A stretch of DNA of 64,000 bases from the human T2T-CHM13v2.0 reference genome, Homo sapiens, in the NCBI RefSeq assembly GCF_009914755.1, contig NC_060925.1. One strand, given 5' to 3'. The translations under genes were made by a program, and so were the position numbers. Below are positions 58,642-64,000 of this stretch, piece after piece. The stretch's first letter is position 1. Each line of letters begins with the position of its first letter. The notes below the pieces were generated by a model. That model was not told the origin of the DNA and did no database searches. It saw only the letters and a list, made by a program, of their open reading frames with translations.

Positions 58642-59710
58642 AAGGATTCTTGGGCCTGATCCAATATTTTCCTTCTCCTTAATGCTGAATATATATGTAT
58701 TATTCAACATATATTACACACATATATATATATATAAACCAAAATTCTAAACAATGTATGGCTATAGGGAGAGAATTCATGTTCATTTATTATCTAAGAA
58801 AAATAAAGATTTCAAACAGGAGGAGAGAGAAAAACTCTAATTTTCCAGAAGCTGTGTCAAAATCACAGACCTACCCTCAGTAACATGTTTCGAATGTCAC
58901 TTTGCCCCCCAGGGCAGAAGGAAGGATTATTGTCACCAGTACTTTAGGGTCCAGTTTTCTCTAATTTGCCCCCACCTGGAAACACTTCTGCAATACATTA
59001 GTTCTGCTTAGGGATCATATTTACGTTCTGAATTCATTTCCTTTGGCCTAATTTTCATTTATTCCTTTTACCTATTCTTTTTATAGGCTCTAAAGTTTTA
59101 TTTATTAGTCATTGCCAATACGTTGATTTCACACAAGCATAAAACGTATGCAATGATAAAAACAAAGACGCTATATATAGTTATCCATTTTCAATTTACC
59201 TCCTGTATATTTTTACTCTTCTCATACCCTTCACAGTACCCTGAAACTATACCCAATTTTAAAGAAAAAGAATGGCTAGGATGATCGTTAACTTGTATTA
59301 GGGTCACCATCAATTTCAGGATCCAAGAAAGACACTTTGTAATTTGATCCCTTCTTCCTGTACTTACCCTAAATACATTTTTAATTGATTAACAATAAAA
59401 ATATATCTAGGAGCAATGGTAGGTATAATAAACAATTTTCAACACTTGTGAAAAGAAGGGAAAAGGAAAACAAGGAAAAAAAAACCAATTTTTTCTAGAA
59501 ACTTGGCCAGAAGAATTACTTTAAAACCATTTGATAACCTGTAACTGGATAAAATCAGGTGTATTTTCTCTCTCTTCTAATATTTCCTACTATATTTCCA
59601 GCACTATTTGTCTTAACTTAGTGACACGAGAGTTAGCATAAGTGCTAAAAGAAAAATATAAAACTTATTTCTCTCTGTGTCATGGTTAAAACGTCCATTT
59701 TAACCAATTT

Positions 59711-59886
59711 AGTTTATAATTTAAAAATTATATCTATATATAATATATAGATATTTTAGTCTATATAGATATAGATATAGCCTATTATATATAGATATAG
59801 TTTTTAATTGTAAACTAAAACTATAAGACTAAAATTATAAAACTATATATGTATATATGTATATGTATATAAAACTATGTATATGT
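59711..59886 (+). repeat. AT-rich dispersed duplicate, copy 2
   Basis: Nearly identical to 58498-58641, with an extra (TATG/TA)n expansion near its end. Confidence 0.93.
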
Positions 59887-62634
59887 CCATTGTTTCTTAA
59901 ACAAAAGGTGTCAGATAGTCTCTGTCAAAATGAAAACATTCTCAGGCATGTTTTGGCTTCCAGGAAATGAAGTCTTATGAGCTCCCACACAATAAGGTCT
60001 AAGACGGCTGGAGGCAAAAATAATTCCACAGAATAAGTCTGTGACAAATTTATTCTAATTAGCCCCATATCCCCACAACCTATCTCTGAATCACCCATTC
60101 TGCATCTTTGGAAAGCATAGGGACAAAATCTCAGTCCTCCCAAACATTCTTATTTATGACACGGGGATGTATGCCGGGATTCCACAGAAATATTCACATT
60201 TACTGACTTTCCAGGGAATAAGCTTGCAAAATAACTTTTCTGTGCAGCAAGTCCATTTCCTGGATACTAATTTTGTAACTTTCATTGAATTCCACAATAT
60301 TCTTTTAACCTTTTTGTTCATGTATAACTCATAAAATAGCTTTATATTGTATTCGTCTGCAAGATGTGTGAAGCTATTCCTTCTCTAAATCTGTGCACCT
60401 GGCTTTTGGGCACTCTCTAGAGGGTCCCTCTAAAGTGACCCCTGAGACTGCTTCTCCTCTTTAGCCTCTGGTTGTCTGTCAGTTCCTTCCTCAGCCACTA
60501 TCTCTGTTTAGTTCCTATCACCCCTGCGGACAACCTATTGGGTCAGAGTCAAACACAATCCAGGCCAAATGTCTCTATTCTGCAAAGAACACACATTTCT
60601 TCTTTGCCCTACAACCATTCCTCTACCCACTCCAGTAGAGCCTCAGCACACCTCCCTGACAAATCACCACATTCTTCCCTGCTGAGCCTGCACAGAGCGT
60701 CGGAGTACCTCTCAACCCACCTCGCCAGGCATCCACTCTCTAGAAAGCCAATGAAACCCACCTGATTATCTGGTCTTATGGAAACACTCCAGGTTGTAAT
60801 CTACATTACAATTCCAGAGTTCGCCCTAATGAATGGTGTCACTTTTGACATCCATGTAAACTAGCAGCCAGCCCTACCTAAGAACAAGATGAAAACACCT
60901 ATAAAATCACTTTGAAAATTAAAGGAGCATTAGACAAATCCAAGTCAGTTTGCTACAAAGGAAAAATTATTAAAAACTAGATTAGTGCAAATCTCTTCAA
61001 CCAGGGGGGATAAAAATGAAGTCACTGATAGTTGATAAGCACCATTTCTAGCTTATTGGTTAAAAATTATATTACTGCAATAACTTGAGCAAGTCATCAA
61101 ATCTCTCTGAGACTGTTGCATCATCTGTTCAATGGAGATACTAATGGAACTTATCTGATGGGGTTGTGCTAAGAAATAAATAATTCATATAAAATTCTTA
61201 CATGGTACCTGACATAATTATTATTATGTAGCTCAATACATGTTGGTGTTCATTATTGTTATTCATTACAAATTTAAAATTAATCTTTTAATTAATTCAA
61301 AGCCCAACTCCAATGTTGCCTCATCTGTGAGGTAGCCTTTACTTACTACCATCGACTTGCTCTTGAAGATTTTTATCATTATGAGAGAAGCAGTCACTTT
61401 CTGTTCTTTTGTTGGGATTGTTTGCTTCTATATCTTTTCCATTAGGCTGTTAATTCTTTGAGTATGTTTCACCTGTTTGCCTCTCTTTTGCATCCCACCT
61501 CCCAGTCTAAATCTGTGCGCCTAACATTTAATAGAGGTTCCCGCAGAAATAAGACACATTCAGGGAAGCATTTCCTTCCAAGTGACAGAATCAAAGAACA
61601 CTAACTTTAAAAAAATTAATTATGGATTTTGCTGCTGTTATAGCATTTTATTTCATGGGCAAGTTACCTAATTCCCCTTAATCTCAATTTCATTTTCTGA
61701 AAACTAGGGATTGTGATGGCACTCAAGTCCTAAAATTATTGCAATCATTAAATTAACATATGCAAAGTGCTTAGAACAGTGCTTGGCACATGATGAGTAA
61801 TAAGTGTTAGCTATTGCTTTTATTATTATAATAATTATTTTCAAGGAAATTATGGTTGCCTGTGAGGAAGATGATGACAAAAATGAGCCAGAAAAGAGAA
61901 GGAAGAAAACCAAAGAGAAAGAAGCAAAAGGGGAGTGCAAAGATAGAAACAAAAAGATGTGTCTGGATTCAGGCTCCTTCATTTCCCATGGACAAATCTA
62001 AATCACAAGGGTGTCTCAAGGAGATGCTCTGGCCTTCTGAAACTCCTAGGGAAGGGAGATCCACATAAAAACTTTGCTGCTTCTGGCTTGTTTCATTCTT
62101 CTCTGCTCTTAAAAATGGTTGTGGGGAACTATTAAATGTCACTCTTATTTAAACTCCCATGTGAATTCTATTTTTGTGTTTGAAGAACAACACACTGTTT
62201 ATACGCCCAACGTGCCTATGAAATGAAAACAGATGGTGCCACCTAAAGAATTGAAGGCAAAACATGTAGGAAGTTGATATACTTTCAGAACACAGTCACA
62301 TATACTGGATGATTAAAAATTATTTTAAAAGTGAAGGAAAGTGAGAAGAACCTTGTTAGAAGAGACTGAGTAGCAACTTAACTGTCTTATATTTTTTAGA
62401 AGCTTGGTACCAATTAACTTCATTGCCACTCAATAAAAATTAAAGATATGAATGTAAGGAATTCTTGGGGAACTATTTAACACATCAACTGTGAAAGTCA
62501 ATATCCTACATTAACATAACAATGCCAAATTTCCCTTATAAATTGACAAAGATGCTACTCCTCAAGGTTAAATGGTTTAAATTTATCAAATCAAACATGC
62601 AAAAAGAGATGGTGAAGTGGTTTGTCTTGATTTG

Positions 62635-62881
<247 letters not shown>

Positions 62882-63305
62882 TGAAGTTTTAGATGTATAT
62901 ATGTCCCAAATGTATCTTTCTTCATTACCTGTTTTGCATCAGCCACAGCTAATGTTGGGTAATTTCTGATTATAGACTATTAGTTTTTGTGGATTCAAAT
63001 AAGAACTTCTCATAAGAACTGATTTGTCAGTTTGGCTTACAGTTATTCATGGTATTCTATAGCTGATGTCTGGGAAAATAGGTCAAATATTGTCTCTTCA
63101 GGTCAGTGATGTTGGAGTAGAATTATCTGGGCAAGCCTGGCATTCCACTGGTTCTTCTCTAGGAACAGCCAGACAGAGAGAAGCAAAGGGCAAAGACAGA
63201 GTGGCAAGAGAGACACAGAGAAAGACAAGTCATGGGGAGAAGCAGAGACAGATAAAGAAGAAGAGAGCAATAGAGTGATGGTAAGAGTAGAGAATTAGAG
63301 AGGGG

Positions 63306-64000
63306 TATCGGGCAAAATTCACCCCCGATATTTCACGTAGCTTCTTTTCTATTTTCCCTAAGTGTCAGCTGGTCTGAGAAATAAAGGGACAGAGTACAAA
63401 AGAGAGAAATCTTAAAGCTTGGTGTCCAGGGGAGACATCACTTGTCAGCAGGTTCCGTAATGCCCCTGAGCTGTAAAACCAGCAAGTTTTTATTAGTGAT
63501 TTTCAAAAGGGGAAGGAGTGTATGAATAGGGTGTGGGTCACAGAGATCACATGCTTCACAAAGCAATAAAATATCACGAGGCAAATGGAGGCAGGGCAAG
63601 ATCACAGGACCACAGGACCACAGGACCGGGGTGAAATTAAAATTGCTAATGAAGTTTCGGGCACGCATTGTCATTGATAACATCTTATCAGGAGACAGGG
63701 TTTGAGAGCAGACAACTGGTCCGACCAAAATTTATTAGGCAGGAATTTCCTCATCCTAATAAGCCTGGGAGTGCTACGGGAGACTGGGGCTTATTGCATC
63801 CCTCAACTACGATCATAAAAGACAGCCGTCCCCAAAGCGGCCATTTCAGAGGCCTCCCCTCAGGGACACATTCTCTTTCTCAGGGATGTTCCTAGCTGAG
63901 AAAAAGAATTCAGCGATATTTCTCCCATTTGCTTTTGAAAGAAGAGAAATATGTCTCTGTTCCACCCGGCTCACCGGCAGTCAGAGTTTAAGGTTGTCTC
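63306..64000 (-). mobile_element. MER11 LTR (HERV-K11/HML-8), continues past the window edge
   Basis: tatcgggcaaaattcacccccgatatttcacgtag...gagaaataaagggacagagtacaaaagagag is the reverse complement of the MER11 3' end. Confidence 0.88.

Noticed and set aside
61804-62068. Lys/Glu-rich ORFs resembling an HMG-like or charged protein
   Set aside because: Low-complexity purine-rich sequence next to a MIR; no retrocopy hallmarks.

Overview
Repeat-rich primate (most likely human) genomic DNA. The only recognisable host gene is RGS5 on the minus strand: its last two coding exons (57440-57606, 52221-52382) and an approximately 5 kb 3' UTR with several poly(A) signals. The left ~47 kb is intergenic: a 5'-truncated HERV-L provirus (pro/pol/dUTPase plus MLT2A 3' LTR), complete THE1C and MSTB MaLR proviruses, L1/L2/MIR/Alu relics and a very young AluYa5-type insertion. 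I see no new multi-gene system. The most unusual signals are several locally templated insertions and duplications (3062-3127, 30416-30665, 58498/59711, 1165-1479), a small retrocopy with target-site duplications (27084-27431), and a tandem in-frame splice donor on RGS5 that adds VGLW next to the GAP-critical Asn. Repeat family names were assigned by eye from remembered consensus sequences; boundaries of old elements are approximate. Exon/intron numbers are from recall.
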